From the IMG/VR virus record IMGVR_UViG_3300042268_000478, positions 32,001-96,000 of that record: a stretch of 64,000 bases of DNA; one strand, given 5' to 3'. Origin of the DNA: a virus. Taxonomy: Duplodnaviria; Caudoviricetes. This document shows, one piece after another, positions 1 to 10,081 of this stretch. How positions within the stretch are numbered: the first letter of the stretch is position 1; each line of letters opens with the position of its first letter. Under the pieces are notes generated by a model. It ran no database searches, was not told the origin of the DNA, and saw nothing but the letters and a program-made list of their open reading frames with translations. The position numbers and the translations under genes are program-made.

Positions 1-166
1 AGTTGCAAGTCAATTTTCAATTGCGTAAACCATGATGGTGATTACTTTTGAGCTTGATGGCAAAAAATATTGAAAAATGTAATAAAAGAGGATTGTAACA
101 TGTCTTTGTGTGAACTATATTGATTACATAAGAAAAATTTAGAATCTAAAACAGTAAGGAGCAACC

Positions 167-550
167 ATGCCTGGAAGCAAAGAATTTGGAAGTAGGATTA
201 AAAGTTTACGGGAAGCGAAAAAGCAGACAAACCCGAACTACACCTTGCGCCAATTTGCCCTCCAATTAGGGATAAGCGCAACCTTCCTGAGCAAGGTTGA
301 GCGGGGAGAGATTCCAGCTCCAACCGACAAAATCATTAAAATGGCTGAACTGCTCGACTGCGATTCTGACGAGTTGCTTGCCCTTGCCGACAAGGTTGAC
401 CCTGAATTGAGTGACATAATAAAAGAGAAGCCTGTTGAAATGGCTTCATTCCTGCGTTCAGCACGAGGTTTATCTTCAGAACAGCTCAAGCGTTTTCAAG
501 GGTACATGGAAAGCGAGTCAAGAGAAGGAGGGGGCGGAGAAGATGATTAA
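167..550 (+). CDS. XRE-family HTH repressor (ImmR-like)
   Basis: HTH 'TLRQFALQLGISATFLSKVERG'; RBS AAGGAG; adjacent to ImmA-like protease. Confidence 0.9.
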   Translation: MPGSKEFGSRIKSLREAKKQTNPNYTLRQFALQLGISATFLSKVERGEIPAPTDKIIKMAELLDCDSDELLALADKVDPELSDIIKEKPVEMASFLRSARGLSSEQLKRFQGYMESESREGGGGEDD

Positions 551-1244
551 TGACGTTCCATTCCTTCATGATTCTGTAATTGAGCGTAAAAGCATTGAAG
601 TTATAAAAGAATATGAGCAAAAATATAATCAAAAAATAAGTATTCCAGTCCCAGTGGAGAACATGCTTGATGCGTTGTATGATTTTATAGTTGAACCTCA
701 AGATTTATGCGCAAAACACAAGGCTGACGTACTGGCAGAACTCCATATCCTTGAAGGGCGCAGAGATATTTATATCGACAAATCCATACATCCGGATTAT
801 CATCCTGAAAAGTTAGGGCGTTACAACTTTACGCTTGGCCATGAGATGGGACATTGGATATTGCATTGCCCACAGATTTTAATGATGGAGCAAACACCTG
901 ACATATTCAAGCCCGGCGAGCCAGTAGTTATTTGCCGGTCATCGTCAAAAGAAAGGCGTGAAACTCAAGCTGATATCTTTTCAGGAATGTTTCTCATGCC
1001 GCACTATTTGCTTAGCGAGGCATGGATTGAGGCTACCGGCAGTGATGCTCCGGTTAATGTTTATGATGAACTCAATCAGCTTCGTACAGCAAGAGGTTTG
1101 CCGAAAAATGACCGTAGCGTAAGTTGCGAAATAGCACGAGAACTTGCTCCATTGTTTGACGTGTCGGCTCAAGCAATGCAGATACGACTGGACAAGGCTG
1201 GTTTCATTTCAACCGAGGAAGATTTACAGCCGTCTTTATTTTAA
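543..1244 (+). CDS. ImmA/IrrE-family metalloprotease (anti-repressor)
   Basis: 'FTLGHEMGHW' HExxH and 'ETQADIFSGMFLMP'; start ATG 543 overlaps repressor end. Confidence 0.9.
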   Translation: MINDVPFLHDSVIERKSIEVIKEYEQKYNQKISIPVPVENMLDALYDFIVEPQDLCAKHKADVLAELHILEGRRDIYIDKSIHPDYHPEKLGRYNFTLGHEMGHWILHCPQILMMEQTPDIFKPGEPVVICRSSSKERRETQADIFSGMFLMPHYLLSEAWIEATGSDAPVNVYDELNQLRTARGLPKNDRSVSCEIARELAPLFDVSAQAMQIRLDKAGFISTEEDLQPSLF

Positions 1245-1267
1245 CAGATATATTTTTTTATTAATCG

Positions 1268-1287
1268 TGTAACCTGTTAAGGTTACA
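1268..1287. promoter_or_regulatory. Palindrome TGTAACC-N6-GGTTACA, candidate operator
   Basis: Perfect 7-bp inverted repeat upstream of gene at 1320; degenerate copy TGTGAAC-N6-GATTACA at 109-128 upstream of the repressor. Confidence 0.5.
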
Positions 1288-1319
1288 TAATACACAGGCA
1301 AATTAAGGAGAACTGAAAA

Positions 1320-2489
1320 ATGGCAAATACTTATCATGCCAAAAAAGTGTTCAGGGTTGTTGACCGGGAGCTGTTGCAGAGATTCTTTGCAAAATTCGAA
1401 ACGCAACTTCCGGTTGACTGGACGTTGGACAAGCCGAAAAAATTTACAAATGAACTCTTTGAAGCCTTTTTGAGTCTGGATGATGGACTAAAAACAACAA
1501 TCGAGAGCGCTTTGCACGAGATTCATTCGGTCATTCAGCGGGAACAAAATGCCAAGATGATTCACGGATTATTGAATTTCGACGGCATAATTGTCCCGAA
1601 TAAGATTAAAGATGGCTGTATCCAAGACCTTGCGATGTGGCTTTATCTTGAGTCTGAATCACTATGGATACAGTGCATTCGCTATGCGCTCACCGATAAA
1701 TGTGCCGAACGTTTTTGGTTTGTCCGCCAATTGCCTTGCGACTTGGACTATGAAAAAGATTACTCTGATGATCAGTTTGAAGCTATGAAACGCGAAATAT
1801 GCGCATTTGTGTATAAACGCGAAGGGCGTGGCAAACATGCCTACGTTGAATATTTCGAACGCGAGGGGCGGTATGAATACTTCTTTGTTTATCTGAGCAA
1901 TTATATCACCCAAACTATGCAGTGGCGGGGCGGTGAAAAATTCAACCGTGAATTTGACTACAGTTCATATGAGATGGTGTTCATTTACGACCGTAAAGAG
2001 AGGCAACTTCAAGTAAAAACCACCGGAGTTCGCGATTACAAACTTTGCTTATGTATGATTTGGGCGGAGGCCATGCGCAATACCAAGATTACCGACGATG
2101 AACGCGAAAAACCAAGCTTTAATGTTGAACCGTTAATCAACGGGGATTATGCTTTGCCGCCGGACGCTGACGGAAAAGTAAAAAGGGCTTTTGTAACTGC
2201 GCTCGGCTTGAACATCCGGGGATGTCCAGGCAGTAAGCGTGTATTTGAAGAACCCAACGGCGGCATTCATGAAAAAATTCAAAATGAATGCAGTGGCGAG
2301 ATTTACAATTCGATGATGGTCTACCCATACATGGCTAAAATCAGGATCGAACTTGGAGACGAATATGGTCGCTCAAGGAATCAAACTATAACCATAACCG
2401 AGGACTCCTGCAATATACATAACAAGAATCCAAAAGTTCGGGATGTTCTGCAGGACTGCCTTAAGAGGTGGAACCTTGTCGCGGCATGA
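1320..2489 (+). CDS. Hypothetical protein (389 aa)
   Basis: Long ORF with RBS AAGGAG; no recognised motif. Confidence 0.75.
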   Translation: MANTYHAKKVFRVVDRELLQRFFAKFETQLPVDWTLDKPKKFTNELFEAFLSLDDGLKTTIESALHEIHSVIQREQNAKMIHGLLNFDGIIVPNKIKDGCIQDLAMWLYLESESLWIQCIRYALTDKCAERFWFVRQLPCDLDYEKDYSDDQFEAMKREICAFVYKREGRGKHAYVEYFEREGRYEYFFVYLSNYITQTMQWRGGEKFNREFDYSSYEMVFIYDRKERQLQVKTTGVRDYKLCLCMIWAEAMRNTKITDDEREKPSFNVEPLINGDYALPPDADGKVKRAFVTALGLNIRGCPGSKRVFEEPNGGIHEKIQNECSGEIYNSMMVYPYMAKIRIELGDEYGRSRNQTITITEDSCNIHNKNPKVRDVLQDCLKRWNLVAA

Positions 2490-3405
2490 ATTCCAACCAA
2501 TAGCTTCAATGCTGAACCTGCCCAATCCAGTATGGACTATTCATGAGCTTGGAAACGTTGATAATCCTCTTGTTGCCAATGGATTGCTCAAGGAACTACC
2601 TCGCGACAATGTGGCGAAATGTCCATGTGAGAACGGTCATTGGGAAGAAGTCAGCCGGATAAGCAATGGTTCGGGAAACGTTGCAGATACACTGTTTTGC
2701 CCTTATAGCGGATGTTTCGTCCAGTTGCCGAAAAACGCTCTCAGGCGGTGGAGTTTTGACGGCGGCCGGTTAGCCGAAATGCTCGCGGATGAGATGCATT
2801 GTGTGCAAAAACAAATCATACCTTTATTGCCAAACCAGCTTTGGAGTCTTGGAGAAAGCCAAAGGGCAATTGCAGGGCGAAGAAGACAGGTTTTCTTGGC
2901 TTTGCGCCTTAGCGAATCGGCGGAACACTTATACAGGTTGCTTCCCACGGGCAAAACGCCTATCTTATTCTGTGCTGGAGCAAATGCCCAATATACCAAT
3001 AGCTTTGACTCCAACAGGATTTTTCTATTACATGAAGTTGCTTGGTTTGAGCATAGCGTCTTGAATATTGACATGGCAATACTAAACGACAGGCTGTCAG
3101 ATAAACCTGTTGAACAACCGAAAGCCAAAGTAGCTGGAAGCAAGAGCCGTAATGACGCCATTATGAAAATAAAAGAAGAGTTGCGAGCAAGGTTGCAAGG
3201 AGCGAACCGTCATTATTGGCATCATTTCGACAACGGTAATGGTGAAAAACTGCTTCCGCGCCCAACCTTAGAACAAATAGCCACTGCTATAGGACGGAGC
3301 ACCAGCACCGTTTCGCGTATAATCAACTCTGAACAAGACCGGGAATTAACAATGCTCTGGCAAGGAGGCAATGACGTCAATTTTGTAAAGCAATACCGCA
3401 GATAA
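2476..3405 (+). CDS. Hypothetical protein with Cys cluster and C-terminal HTH
   Basis: CPC..C..C cluster; C-terminal 'PTLEQIATAIGRSTSTVSRII'; likely TTG start at 2476 after GAGGTG. Confidence 0.7.
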   Translation: MSRHEFQPIASMLNLPNPVWTIHELGNVDNPLVANGLLKELPRDNVAKCPCENGHWEEVSRISNGSGNVADTLFCPYSGCFVQLPKNALRRWSFDGGRLAEMLADEMHCVQKQIIPLLPNQLWSLGESQRAIAGRRRQVFLALRLSESAEHLYRLLPTGKTPILFCAGANAQYTNSFDSNRIFLLHEVAWFEHSVLNIDMAILNDRLSDKPVEQPKAKVAGSKSRNDAIMKIKEELRARLQGANRHYWHHFDNGNGEKLLPRPTLEQIATAIGRSTSTVSRIINSEQDRELTMLWQGGNDVNFVKQYRR

Positions 3406-3434
3406 TGATCTGAATCACCATATTTTTCTTTGAT

Positions 3435-3474
3435 TCCACTATCGGAAGGATTTTTCCGATAGTGGATTTTTTTT
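3435..3474 (+). terminator. Rho-independent terminator
   Basis: TCCACTATCGGAA...TTCCGATAGTGGA stem followed by T run. Confidence 0.8.
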
Positions 3475-3611
3475 GCCATTTGAGGTGAAATGAACCTTCA
3501 CGTCAAAAAAAACGAAAAAAAGTTCAAAAACATCAGAGTGATTTCCAAAAATCGGGAAAGAAAAAGGATAGAGGCACATCACTTTTTGAATTTTAACCCA
3601 AAGGGAAATAT

Positions 3612-5459
3612 ATGAATTACGGAAGCGTCTGCAGCGGAGTCGAGTCCGCTACACTGGCATGGAAGCGGCTCGGCTGGACTGCCAAATTCTTTGCCGAGGT
3701 CGAGCCGTTCCCGGTGGCGGTTTTGCATCATAGATTTGATGCGACACGTCCGCTGCGTTCGCTTGACCCAGCGGAAGCGGCCAGCGAAAAAGAGCGCAAA
3801 GAGCGTGACCGCTGGCAAAGATACAACGCCGAACTGCCCGATGGCGGCAGCATCCCGAATCTCGGCGATTTCACTCGAATAAAGGAGAATGATTATAATG
3901 GAAATATTGACTTGCTCGTCGGGGGAACTCCCTGCCAGTCGTATTCAGTTGCTGGCTTGCGAAAAGGAATCGAAGACCCCAGAGGCAACCTCGCGCTTGA
4001 GTTTGTTAAACTGGCTTATCGCACAGGCTCCCGCTGGATTTGTTGGGAAAATGTGCCGGGCGTCTTGTCGAGCGGGAAAGGACAAGATTTTGCCAGCTTC
4101 TTATCGCTTTTGTGCGGATGGGAAGTCGCAGCCCCAAAGCCACGATGGAGCAAATCAGGAATCATCACGCCAGCTTCAGGATGTTTCGGGTTGGCATGGC
4201 GAATTATGGACGCTCAATATACCCGAGTGGAATCTTTTCCCCACGCCGTGCCACAACGCCGACGCCGTTTGTTCGTTATCGGATATCTTGGAGAGTGGCT
4301 CTATCCCGCACAAGTATTATTTGACGGCGAAATGCGCGTTGGGGATACTCCGCCGCGCCGCGAAAAGAGGAAAAGACTTGCCAAAAATTCTCAAGGCGGC
4401 GCTCATACGGCAAAGTCAATCCGAATGCGCGGTGATTCCGGAAATGGAGGAAAAGGCGCACTTGTAGGAACTGAATTAAGTCACACATTGGCAACCGGAA
4501 ATGACCAAACCATAGTCTGTTTGCCGGAGGATGAAGATAAGACCTGTTTTGACATTCGGCAGGTGGAACTCAACGAAACCGAGCTTGCGCCTACTTTAAT
4601 CGCTACCGACTATAAAGGTGGCAAGGCGATTTCAATATACCATCAGCGCAAAGCTGAAAGCATGTGTCCGCTGGAAGAATGTTCAAACACACTCACCAAC
4701 GGCACGGCACCGGGGCATCAGAATGCCGTTTGTTTTGAAAATCACGGCAACGACAGCCGGGTTAAAGAGGTTGAAGTTTCACCAACTCTCACGAAACGCC
4801 TCGGGACAGGCGGCAATAACACGCCAATAGTTTTCGAGAATACAGGCAAATGCAGCCGGGCAAATCAGACAAAAGTTTCTCAAACCATCACCTCATCGGC
4901 TACCAGTTCAAATAAACTACCGTTGGTGCTGGAGAAAAATAATAAGGTCGCATCGCATGAGCAACCCAGGTGCGAAAAAGATGCACAACGCAAAGACGGC
5001 GAACCGTCAGCTCACGATGCGGCCGACCTTTTAGGTTTTATCAAAAACGACGCCGGTGGCGACCAGGATGGCTATTGGGAGGATGTTTTTCCTACAATTA
5101 GAAGTCAGGTCACGCCAGCGGTTGCAGTCGCTGAAAACATCATCGGTCGCCAAGCCCAAAACGGCGGTAATGGAGTGGGCGCTAAGGAAGAAGTCAGTTA
5201 TACCCTCAACTGCACCGGCGTTCATGGAGTAGCTCATAACGCTACCGTGCGGAGGCTGCTGCCAATCGAATGCGAAAGACTGATGGGATTCCCCGACAAC
5301 CATACACGCATCCCTTGGAAGGGCAAACCGGAAGAAGATTGCCCGAACGCACCACGTTACAAAGCCTGCGGAAACAGCATGTGTGTAAATGTGATGAGCT
5401 GGCTGGGCGAACGGATAAACCAAGTTGAAAACAATATACAAAAGCAAGGACGCATATGA
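3612..5459 (+). CDS. DNA (cytosine-5)-methyltransferase with long variable region
   Basis: Motifs I (SVCSGVES), IV (GGTPCQSYS), VI (WENVPG), VIII (PQRRRRLF), IX (RRLLPIECERLMGFPD), X (YKACGNSM). Confidence 0.95.
   Translation: MNYGSVCSGVESATLAWKRLGWTAKFFAEVEPFPVAVLHHRFDATRPLRSLDPAEAASEKERKERDRWQRYNAELPDGGSIPNLGDFTRIKENDYNGNIDLLVGGTPCQSYSVAGLRKGIEDPRGNLALEFVKLAYRTGSRWICWENVPGVLSSGKGQDFASFLSLLCGWEVAAPKPRWSKSGIITPASGCFGLAWRIMDAQYTRVESFPHAVPQRRRRLFVIGYLGEWLYPAQVLFDGEMRVGDTPPRREKRKRLAKNSQGGAHTAKSIRMRGDSGNGGKGALVGTELSHTLATGNDQTIVCLPEDEDKTCFDIRQVELNETELAPTLIATDYKGGKAISIYHQRKAESMCPLEECSNTLTNGTAPGHQNAVCFENHGNDSRVKEVEVSPTLTKRLGTGGNNTPIVFENTGKCSRANQTKVSQTITSSATSSNKLPLVLEKNNKVASHEQPRCEKDAQRKDGEPSAHDAADLLGFIKNDAGGDQDGYWEDVFPTIRSQVTPAVAVAENIIGRQAQNGGNGVGAKEEVSYTLNCTGVHGVAHNATVRRLLPIECERLMGFPDNHTRIPWKGKPEEDCPNAPRYKACGNSMCVNVMSWLGERINQVENNIQKQGRI
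3889..4467 (+). CDS. Nested alternative-frame ORF inside the MTase (beta-polypeptide-like)
   Basis: 192-aa +1 frame ORF containing 'CSLSDILESGSIPHKYYLTAKCALGILRRAAKRGKDLP', typical of C5-MTase-associated segments; start uncertain. Confidence 0.55.
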   Translation: MIIMEILTCSSGELPASRIQLLACEKESKTPEATSRLSLLNWLIAQAPAGFVGKMCRASCRAGKDKILPASYRFCADGKSQPQSHDGANQESSRQLQDVSGWHGELWTLNIPEWNLFPTPCHNADAVCSLSDILESGSIPHKYYLTAKCALGILRRAAKRGKDLPKILKAALIRQSQSECAVIPEMEEKAHL

Positions 5460-5656
5460 GCGAAAACACAAATTTAGAAGAACAAATCCGCGATAATGCG
5501 GTACAGCCAAAGTCGGCGGAAGTTGATGGGCAAAAAGTCGAACAGCATCCATTGAAAGACCAAATCGCCGTTGACTCTTACCTTGAGGGAAAAAAGGCAA
5601 TGCGCCGGAAGAACTCTGGGCTGAAAATCACTAAACTTCAACATTCGGGGGCGTGA
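5456..5656 (+). CDS. Small head completion protein (gpW-position)
   Basis: 66 aa immediately before a lambda-type portal; ATGA overlap with MTase. Confidence 0.65.
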   Translation: MSENTNLEEQIRDNAVQPKSAEVDGQKVEQHPLKDQIAVDSYLEGKKAMRRKNSGLKITKLQHSGA

Positions 5657-7092
5657 CTATGTTCAAACGGATAAAATCAATGTTCCGTTCGCGAACGCCT
5701 CCCAAGACTTATATGCCGGTGATGCGTGGCAGGTTCGACGCGGCACAAACCACGAGGGATAACTCGAAACACTGGGGAGCGGCAGATCACCTGTCAGCCG
5801 ATATGGAGGCATCGCCGGATGTTCGCAGAACCTTGCGGATGCGATCGCGCTATGAAGTAGCGAACAACTCCTATGCTAAAGGGCTGGTTCAGATGTTGGC
5901 CAACGATTGCATCGGAACTGGGCCACGATTGCAGATGCTCTCACAAGATGAAGATTTCAACGATGAGATTGAAGCTGAATTCATGATGTGGGCAGAGGCA
6001 ATCAGATTGCCATCGAAATTGCGAACCATGCGAATGACACGATGTCAGGACGGTGAGGCATTCACGGTGATGGCGACCAATCCCAAGGTGCGACATCAAG
6101 TAAAACTTGACCTTACCCCGATTGAAGCAGACCGGATTTCGGGCGAGTTGATGTGGCAATCAGATGACAAAAGCATCGACGGCATAACCTTTGATTCGTG
6201 GGGTAATCCAAGTAATTATCGAGTATTGAAATATCATCCCGGCGACATGCAGTTTGCGCCGGGCGATGAAGCAATACAGGTTCCAGCCGATTATATGTTG
6301 CACATCTTCCGTCAGGACAGACCGGGGCTTCATAGAGGAGTTCCTGAGCTGACGGCGGCATTGCCGCTCTTTGCCCAACTTCGCAGATACAACCTTGCGG
6401 TGTTGAGCGCGGCTGAAGCGGCGGCAGATTTCGCGGCAATCCTCTACACCGACGCTCCGCCAAACGGCGAAAGCGATGAAGTGGAGCCGATGGACGCAAT
6501 TCCGCTTGAGCGCAACATGATGTTGACCGTTCCGGCTGGCTGGAAGCTAAGCCAGCTTGATCCGAAGCAACCGGCGGCAAATCATGCTGAGTTTGTCAAG
6601 GTAATTCTGTCTGAAATTGCCCGGTGCGTTTGCTCAACATTTGGCACGGTAGCCGGGGATTTCTCCGGTTTCAACTATGCCAGTGGGCGGCTCGATAACC
6701 AAATCTACCACAAGTCAATAATGGTAGACCGTAGCTTTTGGGAAACCGAAGTTCTGAACAGGATATTTGCCCAGTGGATGAGGGAGTATGCTTTAACGAA
6801 AACATTCATGCCGGACTCAAATAGTTATCCACGGCACACATGGTTTTGGGATGGATTCCCGCATGTCGATCCGGGCAAAGAAGCAAAAGCACAGCAACTC
6901 AGGCTTGACAACAACACAACCACGCTGGCGGCAGAATGCGCCAAAGACGGACAGGATTATATGTCGGTCTTGAGGCAACGAGCCAAAGAGTTCAATCTCA
7001 TGCGTGAGATGGACATACCGTTTGACGGCGAACAAGTGCCGGAAGATATAACCGAAGAACCCGAAGAAGAGGGTTCTGAACCAAAGGAATGA
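5653..7092 (+). CDS. Phage portal protein, lambda family
   Basis: 'LRMRSRYEVANNSYAKG', 'RPGLHRGVP', 'GDFSGFNYASGRL', 'HVDPGKEA'. Confidence 0.92.
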   Translation: MTMFKRIKSMFRSRTPPKTYMPVMRGRFDAAQTTRDNSKHWGAADHLSADMEASPDVRRTLRMRSRYEVANNSYAKGLVQMLANDCIGTGPRLQMLSQDEDFNDEIEAEFMMWAEAIRLPSKLRTMRMTRCQDGEAFTVMATNPKVRHQVKLDLTPIEADRISGELMWQSDDKSIDGITFDSWGNPSNYRVLKYHPGDMQFAPGDEAIQVPADYMLHIFRQDRPGLHRGVPELTAALPLFAQLRRYNLAVLSAAEAAADFAAILYTDAPPNGESDEVEPMDAIPLERNMMLTVPAGWKLSQLDPKQPAANHAEFVKVILSEIARCVCSTFGTVAGDFSGFNYASGRLDNQIYHKSIMVDRSFWETEVLNRIFAQWMREYALTKTFMPDSNSYPRHTWFWDGFPHVDPGKEAKAQQLRLDNNTTTLAAECAKDGQDYMSVLRQRAKEFNLMREMDIPFDGEQVPEDITEEPEEEGSEPKE

Positions 7093-7098
7093 AAAAAT

Positions 7099-9102
7099 AT
7101 GAGTGATTTTCTGCTGATTGAAGCAGCCGGTGGCGGCAAGCCCAAGGTAAAGGGGCTGGCGTACTCTGGCGGCAAGATGAACTTGCCGGGATGGAAACAT
7201 CCGGTGGTCGTTGAGCTTGCCGGGATGGAAATCCCGGACAATGTGCCGCTATTGACCAACCATCAAAACAAAACCACTTCGCGGGTTGGGATGGTGATGG
7301 CAACGGTCAAAGACAACTCGTTGGAGATTGACGGCGAGATTATCTCTGAAAACGGCGACGCCAAAGACATCGTGGCGCAAGGTAAATCCGGCGCTGACTG
7401 GCAACTTTCCATCGGAGCGGATGTGGTCAAGTGCGAATTCGTCAAAGCCGGTAGCCGTGAGGTCAACGGCAAGATGTGCGACGCGCCGTTCTATCACGTT
7501 AAACAATCTGTCCTGCGTGAAGTGTCGGTCGTCGCAGTAGGCGCTGACTCCAGCACAAAAATGAAAGTAACAGCAAGTTTTAACCTTAACTCAAACCAAG
7601 GAGGCGACATGCCCGAAGACAACAAACAAGAAGTTCAAGACAAGGAAACTCCCGAAATGAACACAGAAGAACAAACTGAAACCACCGAGCAGGAGCAGGA
7701 AATCCAGGAACAGCCCAAGGATGAGGCTGAAGCTGTGGCTACTCCTCCGACCATTCAAGCCAGCGCACAGGAAACGGCGCAGGATGCAATCAAGGCAGAA
7801 CGCAAGCGTGTTTCTGAAATTCAGGCGATTTGCGACGGCGAATATCCAGAAATCGAACGCGAAGCCATCTCCAAAGGCTGGGAGCCGGAAACCGTAACCG
7901 CCAAGGTATTGAAAATGATTCGTGCTGAACGTCCGAGCGCCGATGTGAACATTTCCATTAAGAGCAAGCCCGAGGGCAATGAAATGCGTAAAACCCTAGA
8001 GGCGGCAATGAGTCTGCGTGTCGGACTTAGTGCTGACGAGCTTGAAAAGAGCTACGGCGGCAAAGTTGTCGAAGCAGGAATGACTGAAATGGACATGCCG
8101 CTTCGCCAGATGTTGGTTGAATGCATGAAACTGGACGGCATTCCGGTACCGCGCGGTTTTGACAACGATTCGATTCGCGCCGCTTTCAGCACTGTAAGTT
8201 TGCCCGGCATTCTTTCAAACGTAGCCCATAAGAAGTTGCTGCAAAGTTTCAAGGCTCAGCCGGTCATCGCCACCAAGCTGTGTTCCAGCGGCGATTTGAA
8301 CGACTTCAAGGAAAACGACCGCTTCCGCTTGACAGACGTTGGCGATTTGCTCCCGGTAGCCGCCGATGGTGAAATCAAAGACGGTGGACTTGTTGAGGAA
8401 ACCGCCAAGAACCAGCTCGACACCTACGGCAAAAAGTTTTGCCTGACTCGCAAAATGATTATCAACGATGACCTCGGTGCGTTCATGAAAGTACCGACCG
8501 CAATGGGCAACCGTGCGGCACGGCTGATTGACCAGCTCTTTTTCAGCCGTTTGTTGAGCAATCCGGTTCAGAGCGATAATAAGGCTCTGTTCCATACGGC
8601 TCACAAAAACTTGATTAGCGGGGCGACTTCAGCTTTGGGTAGCGACAGCCTCAAGAAAGCAATCCAGCTTTTCCTTGACCAAGTCGATGCGGATGGGCAA
8701 CCCATCAGCGTTGAGCCGAAATACTTGCTTGTGCCGACCGCACTCAAGCATTTGGCGATTGAACTTACCCAAGGTGCAACACTGGTTATGAGCGGTGGCA
8801 ACGACAATACGGTTCGCCCGGCGATTAACGTAATCGCAGATGAAAACCTGCAGGTTGTCAGTTCTCCGTATCTTGGCAATGCGGCATATACCGGCTCATC
8901 TCAAACCGGATGGTATTTGTGGGGCAATCCGCAGACCGTCGACAGTTGGGAAATCGGCTATCTCAAAGGCAAACGCACTCCGACTGTTGAGCGCGGCGAT
9001 ACTGATTTCAACACTTTGGGCATGTGGTTCAGAGTTTATTTCGACCTTGGCGTTCGTGAGCAAGACCATCGTGGCATGGTCAAAGCCAACGGCGCAGCGT
9101 AA
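7099..9102 (+). CDS. Fused prohead protease / scaffold / major capsid protein
   Basis: N-terminal protease ('AYSGG', 'WQLSIGA', 'LREVSVVAVGAD'), acidic linker, HK97-fold capsid C-terminus ('TYGKKFCLTRKMIINDDLGAF', 'PKYLLVPTAL'). Confidence 0.88.
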   Translation: MSDFLLIEAAGGGKPKVKGLAYSGGKMNLPGWKHPVVVELAGMEIPDNVPLLTNHQNKTTSRVGMVMATVKDNSLEIDGEIISENGDAKDIVAQGKSGADWQLSIGADVVKCEFVKAGSREVNGKMCDAPFYHVKQSVLREVSVVAVGADSSTKMKVTASFNLNSNQGGDMPEDNKQEVQDKETPEMNTEEQTETTEQEQEIQEQPKDEAEAVATPPTIQASAQETAQDAIKAERKRVSEIQAICDGEYPEIEREAISKGWEPETVTAKVLKMIRAERPSADVNISIKSKPEGNEMRKTLEAAMSLRVGLSADELEKSYGGKVVEAGMTEMDMPLRQMLVECMKLDGIPVPRGFDNDSIRAAFSTVSLPGILSNVAHKKLLQSFKAQPVIATKLCSSGDLNDFKENDRFRLTDVGDLLPVAADGEIKDGGLVEETAKNQLDTYGKKFCLTRKMIINDDLGAFMKVPTAMGNRAARLIDQLFFSRLLSNPVQSDNKALFHTAHKNLISGATSALGSDSLKKAIQLFLDQVDADGQPISVEPKYLLVPTALKHLAIELTQGATLVMSGGNDNTVRPAINVIADENLQVVSSPYLGNAAYTGSSQTGWYLWGNPQTVDSWEIGYLKGKRTPTVERGDTDFNTLGMWFRVYFDLGVREQDHRGMVKANGAA

Positions 9103-9132
9103 ACAAAAACAACTTAAACAGGAGATTTATCT

Positions 9133-9480
9133 ATGAGCGCAATATTTAAACAACGTGGTGATTCTGTCAACTATGTTCCCGACGCAGACGTTTCTGCCGG
9201 GGATGTAATCATTCAAGGCGACCTTGTCGGGGTCGCTAAACTCGACATCAATGCCGGAGACCTTGGCGCGCTGGCGCTGACCGGGGTCTACTCATTCCCG
9301 AAAGCTACCGGGGCAAGCACGGCAATCGCCGCTGGAACCAAGCTCTATTGGGACGGCACACAGGCAACCGCTGATGCCAATGACGGCGAAACCGAACCGA
9401 CTGCCTATCCCTACATCGGCAAATCCATTGCCTCCGCAACCGACGATGACGCGGCAGTGGAAACGAGGCTTTGTCCGTGA
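9133..9480 (+). CDS. DUF2190-family capsid cement/decoration protein
   Basis: 'VSAGDVIIQGDLVGVAKLDI..G.LGALALTGVYSFPK' after capsid gene. Confidence 0.85.
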   Translation: MSAIFKQRGDSVNYVPDADVSAGDVIIQGDLVGVAKLDINAGDLGALALTGVYSFPKATGASTAIAAGTKLYWDGTQATADANDGETEPTAYPYIGKSIASATDDDAAVETRLCP

Positions 9481-9848
9481 GCAACATGTTGCAACAAGGC
9501 GAACAATGGCTTGAAAACCAACGCAAAAAATACCTGTCCGCTCCAGTGGTCTATGTGTTCAAGGACGGCACAGAGCTGAACCTTGAAGCCACCATCGGAC
9601 GGACGGTGTTTCGCGCTGAAAACGAGTACGGGGCAACAGTCAGGACGGAGAGCCGTGATTTTTTCATCGCGGCAACCGACCTTGAATCTGACCCGGAACG
9701 CGGCGATGCGGTTTTTTATGACGATCATCGCTTCGAGGTGCTTGCGCCAAACAATGAACCAGTATGGAGATGGACTGGGTCAGGTCGGTTGACCCGCCGT
9801 ATCCATACCAAAGACGTTGGGGAGGTAGGCCATGCCGAACGGGAATGA
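9477..9848 (+). CDS. Putative head-tail joining protein
   Basis: Position, size and 'PERGDAV' beta-barrel pattern. Confidence 0.6.
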   Translation: MSNMLQQGEQWLENQRKKYLSAPVVYVFKDGTELNLEATIGRTVFRAENEYGATVRTESRDFFIAATDLESDPERGDAVFYDDHRFEVLAPNNEPVWRWTGSGRLTRRIHTKDVGEVGHAERE

Positions 9849-10077
9849 TCAGCCGGGACATCAGGAGCTTTGGGAGGCTCTAAACGATGCAAGACTCGAT
9901 ATTGCCGAGTTGAAGGGCATGATTTCCATGCACTTTAAAGATGGCTCAGCACATCATGTTCCGCCGTGCCGGGCGGTGCAGGATGTTCAACGGTCGATTT
10001 TATCGGCTACTGGAGCGGCAGTTTTGGCGTTGATTACCGCACTTGGGGCAATGGCAATGGAACTTTTCAGGAGGTGA
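9832..10077 (+). CDS. Small membrane protein with C-terminal hydrophobic helix
   Basis: 'ILSATGAAVLALITALGAMAMELFRR'; RBS GGAGG. Confidence 0.6.
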   Translation: MPNGNDQPGHQELWEALNDARLDIAELKGMISMHFKDGSAHHVPPCRAVQDVQRSILSATGAAVLALITALGAMAMELFRR

Positions 10078-10081
10078 AACT

